From the IMG/VR virus record IMGVR_UViG_3300023184_000035, positions 1 through 64,000 of that record: 64,000 nt of DNA. One strand, written 5' to 3'. Shown in pieces: positions 1 to 9,993 of the stretch. Origin of the DNA: a virus. A model generated the notes under the pieces. The model was not told the DNA's origin and did no database searches. It saw only the letters and a list, made by a program, of their open reading frames with translations. Both the position numbers and the translations under genes were made by a program. The first letter of the stretch is position 1; each line of letters begins with the position of its first letter.

Positions 1-361
1 GTGAGCGGGCAGTGTTGTGTCCGGGGCAACCAAAACAAAAAACAGGCAAGCAGAATATGATCAAGTGGCTGACGCAACAGACAAAATCATTGTGGCCACA
101 TATGGTGTCGCTGCTGTTGGTATTAATATTCCCCGTATTTTTAATCTGGTGCTTGTTGAGCCTGGTAAAAGTTTTGTTAGAGTTATACAGTCCATTGGTC
201 GTGGCATACGCAAAGCGGAAGATAAAGATCATGTTCAAATCTGGGACTTGACCAGCACTTGCAAATTTGCCAAGCGACACTTGACCAAGCGCAAACAGTT
301 CTACAAAGAAGCCAACTATCCCTTTACACAAGAGAAGTTGGACTGGATGAAAATAGGTTGA
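1..361 (+). CDS. uvsW: UvsW-like SF2 DNA helicase, C-terminal part (gene runs in from the left edge)
   Basis: Motif V VATYGVAAVGINIP and motif VI QSIGRGIRK, followed by WDL...RHL..RK.FY, typical of T4 UvsW C-termini. Confidence 0.85.
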
Positions 362-386
362 CATTTGTCACACAAACCTGTATTAT
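358..386 (+). promoter_or_regulatory. sigma70-type promoter giving a leaderless transcript
   Basis: TTGACA(358-363)-17 nt-TATTAT(381-386); ATG at 393 is 6 nt downstream. Confidence 0.75.
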
Positions 387-392
387 AACAAC

Positions 393-893
393 ATGCGAAT
401 ATTAACCCTAGACAACATCCATTACGACCTTGATCATTTGCCCGAAGAAGTAGATGACATGCGGTTTGCTATCTTAGACAACTCAAACCCTCAAGAGCCT
501 GATTACCATTTTATTCCCTTGATTTTTTTAGAGAGTTTCAATGCACCTGCACTGGTGCTACGCATAGGAACCAACACCATAAAGATGCCCATGGACTGGC
601 AGATACTTATAGGCGAACCAGAAGTGGGTGACCTGGAAGTGTTGCCGTTAACGTCAATCAATGATCGTGGATTTAAAGTGTTTCAATTCAATCCACTAAC
701 CAGTTTCCGCCCCAGCTTTCCGGACATTGAAATCTTAGATGTTTATCATGAAGTGTCGTGGTATGCACCCAAACTAAAGAATGGCCAGTTACTTGCTGTA
801 CCACTCAACAATGATTCAGATCCCGACTGTGTGTACTTTGTGAAAGACATCAGTCGCAACTGTGAGATAGTAGACTACAACAAGAGTTGGTAA
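393..893 (+). CDS. hypothetical phage protein (possibly degenerate Hint-like beta fold)
   Basis: 166-aa ORF directly behind a promoter; beta-rich hydrophobic pattern. Confidence 0.7.
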   Translation: MRILTLDNIHYDLDHLPEEVDDMRFAILDNSNPQEPDYHFIPLIFLESFNAPALVLRIGTNTIKMPMDWQILIGEPEVGDLEVLPLTSINDRGFKVFQFNPLTSFRPSFPDIEILDVYHEVSWYAPKLKNGQLLAVPLNNDSDPDCVYFVKDISRNCEIVDYNKSW

Positions 894-894
894 C

Positions 895-1041
895 ATGCCC
901 TACACTGAACCACAAATATTTGAAACACTCAATCGCTTGGCCAAGATTTACTTGGAAAGTTATCCAGAAGATCAGCAAGGACTAGAACGATTCCTGCGCT
1001 GGGCACACAGCCAATACGGTTATGAGTATGGGAACACTTAA
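895..1041 (+). CDS. small hypothetical protein (48 aa, not in ORF track)
   Basis: MPYTEPQIFETLNRLAKIYLESYPEDQQGLERFLRWAHSQYGYEYGNT fills the gap between two genes. Confidence 0.65.
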   Translation: MPYTEPQIFETLNRLAKIYLESYPEDQQGLERFLRWAHSQYGYEYGNT

Positions 1042-1327
1042 ACCCGGCGCCACTTACATCTACGAGCGTGTGGGTAATGAAGTGTATGCCCGCGAGTCAG
1101 GTGCTGATCCCAGTACACGTGAATTAATAGGGTATGGGTATGATCCAGTGACTGGACATCAGATTGATCACGACAAGCGCACTAGTGATGGTAGGCCCTT
1201 GTTTGATCACATGCAGGAAGATAAAATGTGGGGCGATATTCGGCGACTGGCCCGGACCAATCCTGCTTTACAAGATTCTCTAGAACGTGTTATAATGATA
1301 TACCGACTAATCAAAGTAGACAAGTGA
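1022..1327 (+). CDS. hypothetical protein
   Basis: Tightly packed ORF; stop overlaps the next start (GTGA). Confidence 0.7.
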   Translation: MSMGTLKPGATYIYERVGNEVYARESGADPSTRELIGYGYDPVTGHQIDHDKRTSDGRPLFDHMQEDKMWGDIRRLARTNPALQDSLERVIMIYRLIKVDK

Positions 1328-1776
1328 GCAATAAACTAAACATTGCCAATGAGATGCGACAACTGGATCGCAAGAATAGAAACTTTTACAGCGAACTCAC
1401 AGACGAGGAACGCAAGAAGTTTTCAAACTATCTCATGATTCGTTGGGCCAGTTGTGTCGAAGGATCAAGAGAACTGCAAGAGTTTTATTTGATTGCCACC
1501 AACGAGCGATTGAACAAACACTTCTTCAACATTAACAAGCACCCTGAACTGCAATGGCTGTGTGCCACAACAGTGAGTCCAGACATGGGCACACCCAGAC
1601 ACAACTGGATCTCGCCCAAGAAGAAAGAAACAGGTGCAGGGGCAAGCAGTATCAGAAAACAACTGGCAGAGTTGTTCCCTACATACAAAGAAGATGAAAT
1701 AGCCATGTTGGCCTCAATGACCACAAAGAAAGAACTTGATCAATACATCAGAGACCATGGCAGAGACACTAAATGA
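1324..1776 (+). CDS. clamp-loader small subunit (T4 gp62-like)
   Basis: GTG start at 1324; FSNYLMIRW, N..N.H and WI..KK patterns, size and replication context fit gp62. Confidence 0.6.
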   Translation: MSNKLNIANEMRQLDRKNRNFYSELTDEERKKFSNYLMIRWASCVEGSRELQEFYLIATNERLNKHFFNINKHPELQWLCATTVSPDMGTPRHNWISPKKKETGAGASSIRKQLAELFPTYKEDEIAMLASMTTKKELDQYIRDHGRDTK

Positions 1777-2446
1777 ACTCACTTGCGGCTACTGCAAGAA
1801 AACATTTCGTCGTGCAGAAAGTCTTGTGGTGCACATGTGTGAGCCCAAACGTCGACGTCAAGAACGCAGTGAGCGTGGTGTTGAACTGGGCTTTCAATCC
1901 TACTTGAGATTCTATGAGATTGCACAAGGATCAGCCAGGCTCAAAACATTTGATGACTTTGCAGACTCACCTTACTACCGAGCATTTGTAAAATTTGGCA
2001 GGTACTGTGTGTCCACCCGTGCAATCAATCCTAGACAGTTCACAGAGTGGTTGCTGAAACACAACAAAAAGATTGACAACTGGGGCAGTGACAAAATCTA
2101 CACTGAGTATTTGCTGGACTATTTGAAAGTAGAAGCAGTGGCAGATGCACTTGCCCGAGCAGTGGAGTTTGGTATAGATTGGAGTGAGACTCACTCAGCA
2201 CCTGCCCATGATTGTTTGCGTTACGGCAGCACACACGCCATGTGCCATGCTATCACAACAGGACGAGTCAGTCCTTGGGTGATATACAATTCAGAATCTG
2301 GGCAGAAGTTCCTGGGTGAACTCACCGCCGACCAAGTATCAATGATATGGCCCTACATAGACTCAGACATATGGCAAAAGAAGTTCTCAGACTACACCGC
2401 AGACGCTGAATACGCAAAAGAAATATTGAAACAAGCAGGATGGTAA
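1757..2446 (+). CDS. zinc-finger (CxxC...HxC) hypothetical protein
   Basis: N-terminal CGYCKKTF...HMC. Confidence 0.7.
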   Translation: MAETLNELTCGYCKKTFRRAESLVVHMCEPKRRRQERSERGVELGFQSYLRFYEIAQGSARLKTFDDFADSPYYRAFVKFGRYCVSTRAINPRQFTEWLLKHNKKIDNWGSDKIYTEYLLDYLKVEAVADALARAVEFGIDWSETHSAPAHDCLRYGSTHAMCHAITTGRVSPWVIYNSESGQKFLGELTADQVSMIWPYIDSDIWQKKFSDYTADAEYAKEILKQAGW

Positions 2447-2447
2447 C

Positions 2448-2801
2448 ATGATTGGTAAAATATGGCAAACTGGCAAGTATGTGGCAGTCACTGGTGGCCC
2501 CGCTGGTAACTATGTCAACAACACTGGTTTAATGAGTGTGGGGCAATTACAATTTAACACCCACAATCAACAACTAGAAGTGTACAACGGTACCGGTTGG
2601 CAAGTGTTAAATCTAGGTCAGTATCATGTTGGTCTTAATGAACATGCTGAAAATTTACTTGATTGGGTGAGTAAACGGCGTGATGAAGAAGCAGAAGCCC
2701 GGCGCATGGCTGAAGAATATCCTGCTGTGGCTGACGCATTGGGTGCTGTTCGTGAAGCTGAACAGCAATTGAAAACTGTTGTGGCATTGTGTAGAGTATG
2801 A
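2448..2801 (+). CDS. hypothetical protein
   Basis: Operon-packed ORF with a helical C-terminus. Confidence 0.65.
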   Translation: MIGKIWQTGKYVAVTGGPAGNYVNNTGLMSVGQLQFNTHNQQLEVYNGTGWQVLNLGQYHVGLNEHAENLLDWVSKRRDEEAEARRMAEEYPAVADALGAVREAEQQLKTVVALCRV

Positions 2802-3367
2802 GTGCAGACATTGACATTGATGTTCCGGATCGTGGTCGCATACTAGAACTGATTCAGCACACCCCTGCTAGACAAGTTGTGGACGGAAAACCGCGCAAGC
2901 ACAACTCTGGTATCTACATCACAGACATTCCGCAAGATCCTGAACATGGCTGTGCGGCCATTGACTATGAGTCAGCGGAACAGCGTGGCTACTTCAAAAT
3001 TGACTTGTTGAACATGAGTGTGTATCAGCTGATCCGAGACACTGCACACTACGAAGCCATGCTGTCGGAAACCCCTCCATGGTCAAGATTGTGGACCGAT
3101 CGAGCATGGACCAGTCAGTTGGTACATATAGGAAATTATGTGGATTTGTTGGCTGCAATGCAACCTGATTCCATACCCAGGATGGCTGCTTTTATTAGCA
3201 TTATCCGTCCAGGCAAAGCACACCTACAGCGAAAGCCTTGGGATCAAGTGTTTGCTGAAGTATGGGATGGGGATGAATCGCGTGGATATACGTTTAAAAA
3301 GTCACACGCTGTGAGCTATGCTGCTCTGGTGTCTTTACACATGAACTTACTCAATACGACGAACTAG
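2798..3367 (+). CDS. minimal DNA polymerase III alpha (DnaE, family C)-like catalytic core
   Basis: DIDID, KHNSGIYI, GYFKIDLL, IRPG and GYTFKKSHAVSYA match DnaE motifs in order. Confidence 0.8.
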   Translation: MSADIDIDVPDRGRILELIQHTPARQVVDGKPRKHNSGIYITDIPQDPEHGCAAIDYESAEQRGYFKIDLLNMSVYQLIRDTAHYEAMLSETPPWSRLWTDRAWTSQLVHIGNYVDLLAAMQPDSIPRMAAFISIIRPGKAHLQRKPWDQVFAEVWDGDESRGYTFKKSHAVSYAALVSLHMNLLNTTN

Positions 3368-3724
3368 TGTGATTGATTTGCGCTTGCTCTTTTTGCGAGC
3401 AATGTCTACCAGGCTGCACACAGGCCCATGTAGTATTTCAAGATCTTTGTTGCTAAATGTACGCAAGGTAAAACGGAATTGATCCCAATCCCTGCGCAGG
3501 AATATGTTAATGGGTATGCTGCGATTGCTTTCCCACCACCAAGTGTTGGCCAATTCCAAGAATGCCAGCTTGTCCGCTTGCGTGAGCACGGCACCAAAGT
3601 CGTAGATGGTGGTAACAGCGTCATCCTTGTTCTGCACAATGCCCACATATTCTTGACTGGCATACACACACAAGGTAATGAACGGATATTTTTCTGCTAG
3701 TTTCTCAAAAATATTGTTGCCCAT
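3347..3724 (-). CDS. hypothetical protein
   Basis: 125-aa ORF; minus-strand TAAATA at 3735-3740 upstream. Confidence 0.7.
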   Translation of the reverse strand: MGNNIFEKLAEKYPFITLCVYASQEYVGIVQNKDDAVTTIYDFGAVLTQADKLAFLELANTWWWESNRSIPINIFLRRDWDQFRFTLRTFSNKDLEILHGPVCSLVDIARKKSKRKSITLVRRIE

Positions 3725-3784
3725 AATACGAGAATATTTATGTACAAGTTTGACCGGTAACCGAAATCATTAAATAGATCAACA

Positions 3785-4867
3785 ATGCAAATTACTATAG
3801 AAAACCCATCAGTCAACATTAGAGACTTCTTGACAAGATATCAAGCCTGGCATTATAGCAAGTTACTTGCAGAGCCCAACAAAGCACTAGTGGTTGACTT
3901 TGGCAATCAAGGATATAGGATTCCTTGTTTTAGTGACCGGGACATTGAACAAATTAATGCATGTCAATCAAAAATTGTAGCAATTGATTGCCTCAATGAA
4001 GGCATACGTTACTGTGATCACTACACCCAGTACGACAAAAACAAACTCTACTTATTGTTTGTACCATGGTTTGATCAACACAGGATTGACCTACCTATTG
4101 ATTACGTCCCAATTTGGTATTCCCATTTGCTGTTTGACCTGGTAGACAACTATCTTGATTCAAAATCTTGGTACTATCATGTAGATCGAACATACACATT
4201 TGATTACCCCAAACCTTGTTTGTTTACCACTATTGCTGGCCCTAGAGGTCAAAGGGAAATAATTAAAAATGCCCTTGTCAACAACTTAGAAAAAAACAGC
4301 TTTATTTTTAGGTACGACGGAAAAGACTTTGGTAGAAACATCAGCGCAATTGATGTAGTTGACACATCAGTGCCTGGTTTTGTGGATGTTCCCCAAGCAT
4401 TTGAATCTCAGTTCTTGCACATACGTAATGAGCGCCATTACATTTACTGGAAGTTGATCAGCATGGCAGCGCACAACATGAGCTATTTTAACTTGGTGTT
4501 GGAAAGTGATGTGGGAACTGATGGATTTTTTATAACAGAAAAAGCCATAAAACCTCTATTGATTGGGCAACCATTTGTGATATACGGCAGTCAAGGATTC
4601 TTGCAACACATAAAAAATCTAGGGTTTGAAACGTTTGGTGCATTATGGGACGAGAGCTACGATCAAGAACCCAACTACGAAAAACGTGCCATAATGGTCA
4701 CTGAGTTGTGTGTCAAATTAAAAGATTTTGATTGGGCTGGCAATCGTGATCAACTTCAGGCAATTTGCACAAAAAATCAAATGCGTATTCACAACTTGAG
4801 TTCTGTGGCTCAACAAGAATTTCAAGATTTTGAAGCCACAATACAAGCACTATGCCTCGATAAATAG
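3785..4867 (+). CDS. GT10-like (TEK...DESYD family) putative glycosyltransferase, copy 1
   Basis: FNLVLES..FITEKAIKPLLIGQPFVIYG..GFETF..WDESYD. Confidence 0.6.
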   Translation: MQITIENPSVNIRDFLTRYQAWHYSKLLAEPNKALVVDFGNQGYRIPCFSDRDIEQINACQSKIVAIDCLNEGIRYCDHYTQYDKNKLYLLFVPWFDQHRIDLPIDYVPIWYSHLLFDLVDNYLDSKSWYYHVDRTYTFDYPKPCLFTTIAGPRGQREIIKNALVNNLEKNSFIFRYDGKDFGRNISAIDVVDTSVPGFVDVPQAFESQFLHIRNERHYIYWKLISMAAHNMSYFNLVLESDVGTDGFFITEKAIKPLLIGQPFVIYGSQGFLQHIKNLGFETFGALWDESYDQEPNYEKRAIMVTELCVKLKDFDWAGNRDQLQAICTKNQMRIHNLSSVAQQEFQDFEATIQALCLDK

Positions 4868-4870
4868 AAC

Positions 4871-5950
4871 ATGTATTCAACCACCATCTATCTTTACCAA
4901 CAAATCATCCGAGTTCTCTTGATAGACACCAGTGGAAGTTATTTTACAGCGAGGTACGACCCAGTGTACGCAAAACAATTAACCGTCAACAAAGGCGTGG
5001 ACAACGTCTTACTTTTTGAATTCATCAATCAAGATGAAAAACCTGTAAACATCACAGGCAGTACATTTCGATTTAGACTGCTGAATCAAACTGGAGATCG
5101 ACTGCTGTTGGAAAAAGACATGGTCACGCTGAGTGCTACTTTGGGCCGTGTAAAAGTTGTGCTAGACACCGCAGACACAATAGAAATCCTGGCACAACCT
5201 GGCAGCTACAGTATTGAACGAACACAGGGCAATTATGTACAAGCAGCATTTGTCAACGACAACGCCGGTGCCCGGGGCGATTGCAATATTGTAGACTCAG
5301 TATTGCCTGAATTCATGGCCAGCCAACCGGTGACCATTCCCACCATAAACGGTAAAAACTCCTGGCCACAGGCAGCGCCAAGTTCGTGGCCAGACTGGGC
5401 ACTGCAACCGCAGCCACTGTCACGCAATTATTTGACTGAATATTATTCAAGTCATATCAATACCACAGGCGCCAGCTTGACCACAATCAAGTATGATCTT
5501 GTGCATTTTACCGGCACAATCAAGGCACAGGCCGCACAAGATTACGAAGCACTTTGGGTAGATGTTACTGAAAGCACAGAATACTTTGATGAAACTGGCA
5601 CATTCTATTTAAATGTAATGGGATTTCATCCGTTGTTGCGACTGGGCATAAACAACAGTCAAGGCTACGGTGCTAGTGCAACTGCTACAGTAGTGGATGG
5701 CGTGGTTACTGGTGTATCAGTTACCAATGCAGGAATAGGTTATATGGCTGCACCATGTGTGCAATTACTAGGCAACGGAGCAGGTGCCACAGCCGTGGGG
5801 GCAGCATTTGTGGGTCCAAGTGGCATTGGTGCAATCACTGTGACCAACGGTGGTTCTGGATACTTGCCGCTAAACTTTGGCGGTACCGAAGCACAGGCCG
5901 TGACTGTGATGATCACAACAGGCTACGTTACCAATATCTTTTATCGTTAA
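4871..5950 (+). CDS. virion structural protein (baseplate/tail-associated)
   Basis: BppU-like N-part (FEFINQDEKPVNITG); VTNAGIGY/VTNGGSGY baseplate-type repeats; TAAATA 4 nt upstream. Confidence 0.6.
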   Translation: MYSTTIYLYQQIIRVLLIDTSGSYFTARYDPVYAKQLTVNKGVDNVLLFEFINQDEKPVNITGSTFRFRLLNQTGDRLLLEKDMVTLSATLGRVKVVLDTADTIEILAQPGSYSIERTQGNYVQAAFVNDNAGARGDCNIVDSVLPEFMASQPVTIPTINGKNSWPQAAPSSWPDWALQPQPLSRNYLTEYYSSHINTTGASLTTIKYDLVHFTGTIKAQAAQDYEALWVDVTESTEYFDETGTFYLNVMGFHPLLRLGINNSQGYGASATATVVDGVVTGVSVTNAGIGYMAAPCVQLLGNGAGATAVGAAFVGPSGIGAITVTNGGSGYLPLNFGGTEAQAVTVMITTGYVTNIFYR

Positions 5951-5953
5951 GCA

Positions 5954-5982
5954 TTGCATTTGCGTGACAAATCTGTTACACT
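5954..5982 (+). promoter_or_regulatory. sigma70-type promoter, leaderless primase mRNA
   Basis: TTGCAT-17 nt-TACACT with extended TG; ATG 6 nt downstream. Confidence 0.6.
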
Positions 5983-5988
5983 GTACAG

Positions 5989-6978
5989 ATGCTTGATATC
6001 CTTGCTTACCTACCTGCAAAAAAGAAACCCACACCTTCGGGGTGGTTGAGTTTCAATGCGGTATGCTGTCAGCACACAGGCGGCACACATGACAAACGAG
6101 GACGTGGCGGACTCAAAGCCACTGAGGCAGGTTGGAGTTATCACTGCTTCAATTGCAATTACACAGCCAGTTTTATCTTGGGACGCAGTGTAAGTTATAG
6201 AGCTCGAAAACTACTGAGCTGGATGGGTGTGCCAGAAGTAGAAATAGAAATGCTGGGATTGGAAAGTCTACGGCACAAAAACATACATGGCATACTGAGT
6301 GAACGGCAGCAAGTTTGGAATGCCATAAGCGATATTCAATTTGGTGAGTTTGATGAGTTGCCACCATTTGCAGAAATAGTCACACTTGAGCATGAATTAC
6401 AATGGAACTACCTGCGTACAAGAAAGGTGCCTGAAGACTTTCCTGTGCTCACAGCTGAAAAGAATGATGGCGTTCACTGGACTCGCCCACAGGTCATAAT
6501 ACCGTTTACCTACAACAATGTCATGGTGGGGTGGACTGCCAGGATGTTGGATGGCAAGGCACCCAAGTTTATCAGCCACAGTCAGCCTGGCTATGTGTTT
6601 GGCACAGACTTGCAACATGACAATTGGCAGCATGTGATAGTAACAGAAGGCATATTTGATGCACTCAGCATAGGTGGCCTGGCTGTGATGCACAACACCA
6701 TAAGTGATCTACAGGCAAGACTGATACGCAGTCTTGGCCGGGAAATTACAGTGGTACCAGACCAAGACACCGCTGGTGTTGAATTAATTGACCGTGCAGT
6801 GGAACTGGGCTGGGCAGTGAGCATACCCAACTGGCCTGCGGGTTGTAAAGATGTCAACGATGCTGTGATAAAGTTGGGCAAACTGGGTGCCTTGCTAACT
6901 ATAATGCAATCAAGAGAGACCAGCAAGATCAAAATAGAACTAAGGAAGAAAGCACTTGTTAAAAGAATACGGACTTGA
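5989..6978 (+). CDS. DNA primase (gp61/DnaG-like)
   Basis: Zn ligands (CC, HCFNC); TOPRIM motifs VTEGIFD, PDQD and KDVND. Confidence 0.92.
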   Translation: MLDILAYLPAKKKPTPSGWLSFNAVCCQHTGGTHDKRGRGGLKATEAGWSYHCFNCNYTASFILGRSVSYRARKLLSWMGVPEVEIEMLGLESLRHKNIHGILSERQQVWNAISDIQFGEFDELPPFAEIVTLEHELQWNYLRTRKVPEDFPVLTAEKNDGVHWTRPQVIIPFTYNNVMVGWTARMLDGKAPKFISHSQPGYVFGTDLQHDNWQHVIVTEGIFDALSIGGLAVMHNTISDLQARLIRSLGREITVVPDQDTAGVELIDRAVELGWAVSIPNWPAGCKDVNDAVIKLGKLGALLTIMQSRETSKIKIELRKKALVKRIRT

Positions 6979-8377
6979 CGTTCAACGTTTATTTTTAGAA
7001 ATGATGTTGGAAGATGCACAGAGCTATGTGCGTGTGCAAAACATCTACAACCCGCAGAACTTTGACAAAAGTTTACGAGCCGCGGCCGAGTTTATAAAAG
7101 AACATTCAGACAAGCATAAGACACTGCCTGACCGTATGCAGATTAGTGCCACTACGGGCATCAAACTGCAAGCAGTGCCAGATCTAAATGAAGGTCACTT
7201 TGATTGGTTCATGATTGAGTTCGAACAGTTTACCAAACGGCAAGAACTAGAACGTGCTATTTTAAAAGCCGCAGATATGCTGGAAAAAGGTGACTTTGAG
7301 CCTGTGGAGAAACTGATCAAGGATGCAGTGCAGATATCTCTAACTCGAGACATGGGCACAGATTACTTTGCAGACCCAGCGGCTCGTATCAACAAGTATT
7401 TCAACTCGGGCGGACAGGTCAGCACAGGCTGGCCACAACTGGATAGATTGTTGTATGGTGGATTCAGTAGAGGTGAACTAAACATCTTTGCTGGAGGATC
7501 AGGCTCGGGTAAATCACTTGTGATGATGAACATTGCATTGAACTGGTTGCAACAAGGTTTGAGTGGCGTGTACATCACACTGGAACTGAGTGAAGAACTC
7601 ACAAGTTTGCGAACAGATGCCATGCTCACAAACATGAGCACCAAAGACATTCGCAAAGACATAGACACCACAGAGCTCAAGGTCAAACTGGTGGCCAAGA
7701 AGTCGGGCAACTATCAAGTCAAAGGGTTGCCAGCACAAAGCAACATCAACGACATACGGGCATACTTGAAAGAGTATCAAATACAAACAGGCCGGCGTGT
7801 GGACTTTGTGATGATTGACTATTTGGACTTGCTGATGCCTGTCTCTGCAAAAGTTTCACCCAACGACTTGTTTGTGAAAGACAAATACGTTTCGGAAGAA
7901 CTGCGTAACTTGGCCAAAGAGCTGGGCATCTTGATGGTAACTGCAAGTCAGTTGAATCGATCGGCTGTGGAAGAAATTGAGTTTGATCACAGTCATATTA
8001 GTGGTGGTATATCTAAAATCAACACAGCAGATAACGTGTTTGGTATCTTTACAAGTCGTGCCATGAAAGAGCGTGGCAAGTATCAGATACAGTGTATGAA
8101 GTCTCGAAGCTCGACCGGCGTTGGTCAAAAAATTGATTTGGAGTACAACATTGAAACAATGCGCATTACTGATGAAGGCGGAGAAGATGGAGATGGGTAC
8201 TCAAAGAAACCATCAGCTTCGATCATGGACTCAATCAAGGCCCGCAGCCAAGTTAGCCCGGCTAGTGGTGAATCAGACACAGCTCCATGGGACAGTTCGG
8301 ACTCAGCACCAAAAATCACAGCAGATGTTCAGAGTGCAAAACTAAAACAACTGCTGGGCAAGATCAAAACTGGTTAA
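6956..8377 (+). CDS. replicative DnaB/gp41-like helicase
   Basis: Walker A GGSGSGKS, IDYLDL, ASQLNR, MKSR. Confidence 0.95.
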   Translation: MLKEYGLDVQRLFLEMMLEDAQSYVRVQNIYNPQNFDKSLRAAAEFIKEHSDKHKTLPDRMQISATTGIKLQAVPDLNEGHFDWFMIEFEQFTKRQELERAILKAADMLEKGDFEPVEKLIKDAVQISLTRDMGTDYFADPAARINKYFNSGGQVSTGWPQLDRLLYGGFSRGELNIFAGGSGSGKSLVMMNIALNWLQQGLSGVYITLELSEELTSLRTDAMLTNMSTKDIRKDIDTTELKVKLVAKKSGNYQVKGLPAQSNINDIRAYLKEYQIQTGRRVDFVMIDYLDLLMPVSAKVSPNDLFVKDKYVSEELRNLAKELGILMVTASQLNRSAVEEIEFDHSHISGGISKINTADNVFGIFTSRAMKERGKYQIQCMKSRSSTGVGQKIDLEYNIETMRITDEGGEDGDGYSKKPSASIMDSIKARSQVSPASGESDTAPWDSSDSAPKITADVQSAKLKQLLGKIKTG

Positions 8378-9675
8378 GCCACTGTGGTCACAGCAGTCCA
8401 TGTGGTTGAACCGCTGGTGTTGACATACATGCGATCGTTTGTGGTGGTGCCATCTGTGCGCAGGTACAAACTGCCCTTGGCAGCACTCAATGTGGGTGCA
8501 CCAGATCCAAAGAACACCCCAAGATTGGCAGTGCTTGAGAATTTGTAACCTGCTCCGGCTGTGCCACCTACAGGAACAGCAGTAGCTGACAGTATAGTAG
8601 CATTACCCACAGCAGATACTACAGCACTGCTCAGTATGTTGCCACCGGTGATGTTTGCGCTTGCGCTGACTGAGGCTGCTGAAATTGCAGCACCAGTGAT
8701 CAAGTTGCCACCAGTTACATTGCCAGTTACGCTGACTGTAGTGCCTGTATGCAATGTAGCATTGACGTTGGCGCCACCCAAGATGTTGCCACCTGAAATA
8801 TTGCCCGTGCCGCTAATGACACCTGAGCCAAACAGCACATTGCCACCAGTGACATTGCCTGACACCAAAACTGTGGTACCTGTGTGTATTGTAGAATTGA
8901 CGTTGGCAGTGATTACATTTCCACCAGTGATGTTGCCTGTTGCCGAAATCAAGCCTGCAGTTTTAACATTGCCACCTACCACGTTACCTGTGGCAGTCAC
9001 ACTGTTCACAGTGATATCAGTCAATGTAACGTTGCCAAAAATGTCTCCGCTCACAGTCAAATTTCCTGCCATGGTCACGTCATTGGTGTAATAACTTAGT
9101 GGACGATTGTAATCAAACAAGGTGATTGTAGTGCCTTGATCGTATGTAAGGAAACCAAATTCGTATGTGCCAGCAGCAGCAAATGTAATCACGTTTGTGC
9201 TATACCCTTGTACACCAGTTGTGCCCAGGCTGACACTTGCTGGCAAAGTCAATGTGCGAGCTGCTTGATCCACGGTGATTATTAATCGGATAATGCCCAC
9301 CGAGCCAGCAGCGGGCCATGTGGCAGTGGTAAAACTCACACTGATGTTGCCGCCCATGACAATGGTTTGCACATGCCCTGCACTGCAATCTACTGTGATT
9401 GCACCTGTGGTGTTGGCAATCTGTACTAGTGTGCCAGAGAACCCTTGTATTTTGGCATTGTAGATCAGGTTGTTGGCCATATTGTTGTCCAGGGTAGTAC
9501 CTGTCAATGCAGCCTTGAACACACCTTTTGATTGCAGATCATCTATTTCAGTCTCTGCATATTGAAAATTTGTTTTAATTGCTGTAAAATTGTCACGCAT
9601 GCCTTGTGTATTGTTGGGCACGCCAGCAATTGGGTAATTGCCATCTATGGTAGCGGGGTTGATCTGACTGGTCAT
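8374..9675 (-). CDS. virion structural/tail fibre-like protein
   Basis: G/T/N-rich GNITGGN beta repeats; TAAATA upstream on the minus strand. Confidence 0.75.
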   Translation of the reverse strand: MTSQINPATIDGNYPIAGVPNNTQGMRDNFTAIKTNFQYAETEIDDLQSKGVFKAALTGTTLDNNMANNLIYNAKIQGFSGTLVQIANTTGAITVDCSAGHVQTIVMGGNISVSFTTATWPAAGSVGIIRLIITVDQAARTLTLPASVSLGTTGVQGYSTNVITFAAAGTYEFGFLTYDQGTTITLFDYNRPLSYYTNDVTMAGNLTVSGDIFGNVTLTDITVNSVTATGNVVGGNVKTAGLISATGNITGGNVITANVNSTIHTGTTVLVSGNVTGGNVLFGSGVISGTGNISGGNILGGANVNATLHTGTTVSVTGNVTGGNLITGAAISAASVSASANITGGNILSSAVVSAVGNATILSATAVPVGGTAGAGYKFSSTANLGVFFGSGAPTLSAAKGSLYLRTDGTTTNDRMYVNTSGSTTWTAVTTVA

Positions 9676-9744
9676 ACTGTTTCCTTGTATTAGATATTTA
9701 TTGCAACAGCATTTCCGCTAAATAATCCAAAGGCCCGTGAACAA

Positions 9745-9993
9745 ATGCAAAAGAAGACACGCAGCATCTTAGAAGAACTAGATAACTTGTACGTAGAGCG
9801 AGATCGCCGACTGGTGATTGAGACTCGTGCCAGTAACATCATAGAATCTGCTATTAGATTGCTGGAACAAATAGAAGCTGAATACCCAGCTGACCAAGCT
9901 GAGAATCTGCAACGCAAATTGCTCAATGCCATTAGACATAGAGACACCGGCAAATTTGAACGCTCAGTCAGGAGAACACATGCAGATCTTTGA
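9745..9993 (+). CDS. hypothetical helical protein
   Basis: Follows TAAATA near 9719; overlaps the next gene. Confidence 0.7.
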   Translation: MQKKTRSILEELDNLYVERDRRLVIETRASNIIESAIRLLEQIEAEYPADQAENLQRKLLNAIRHRDTGKFERSVRRTHADL

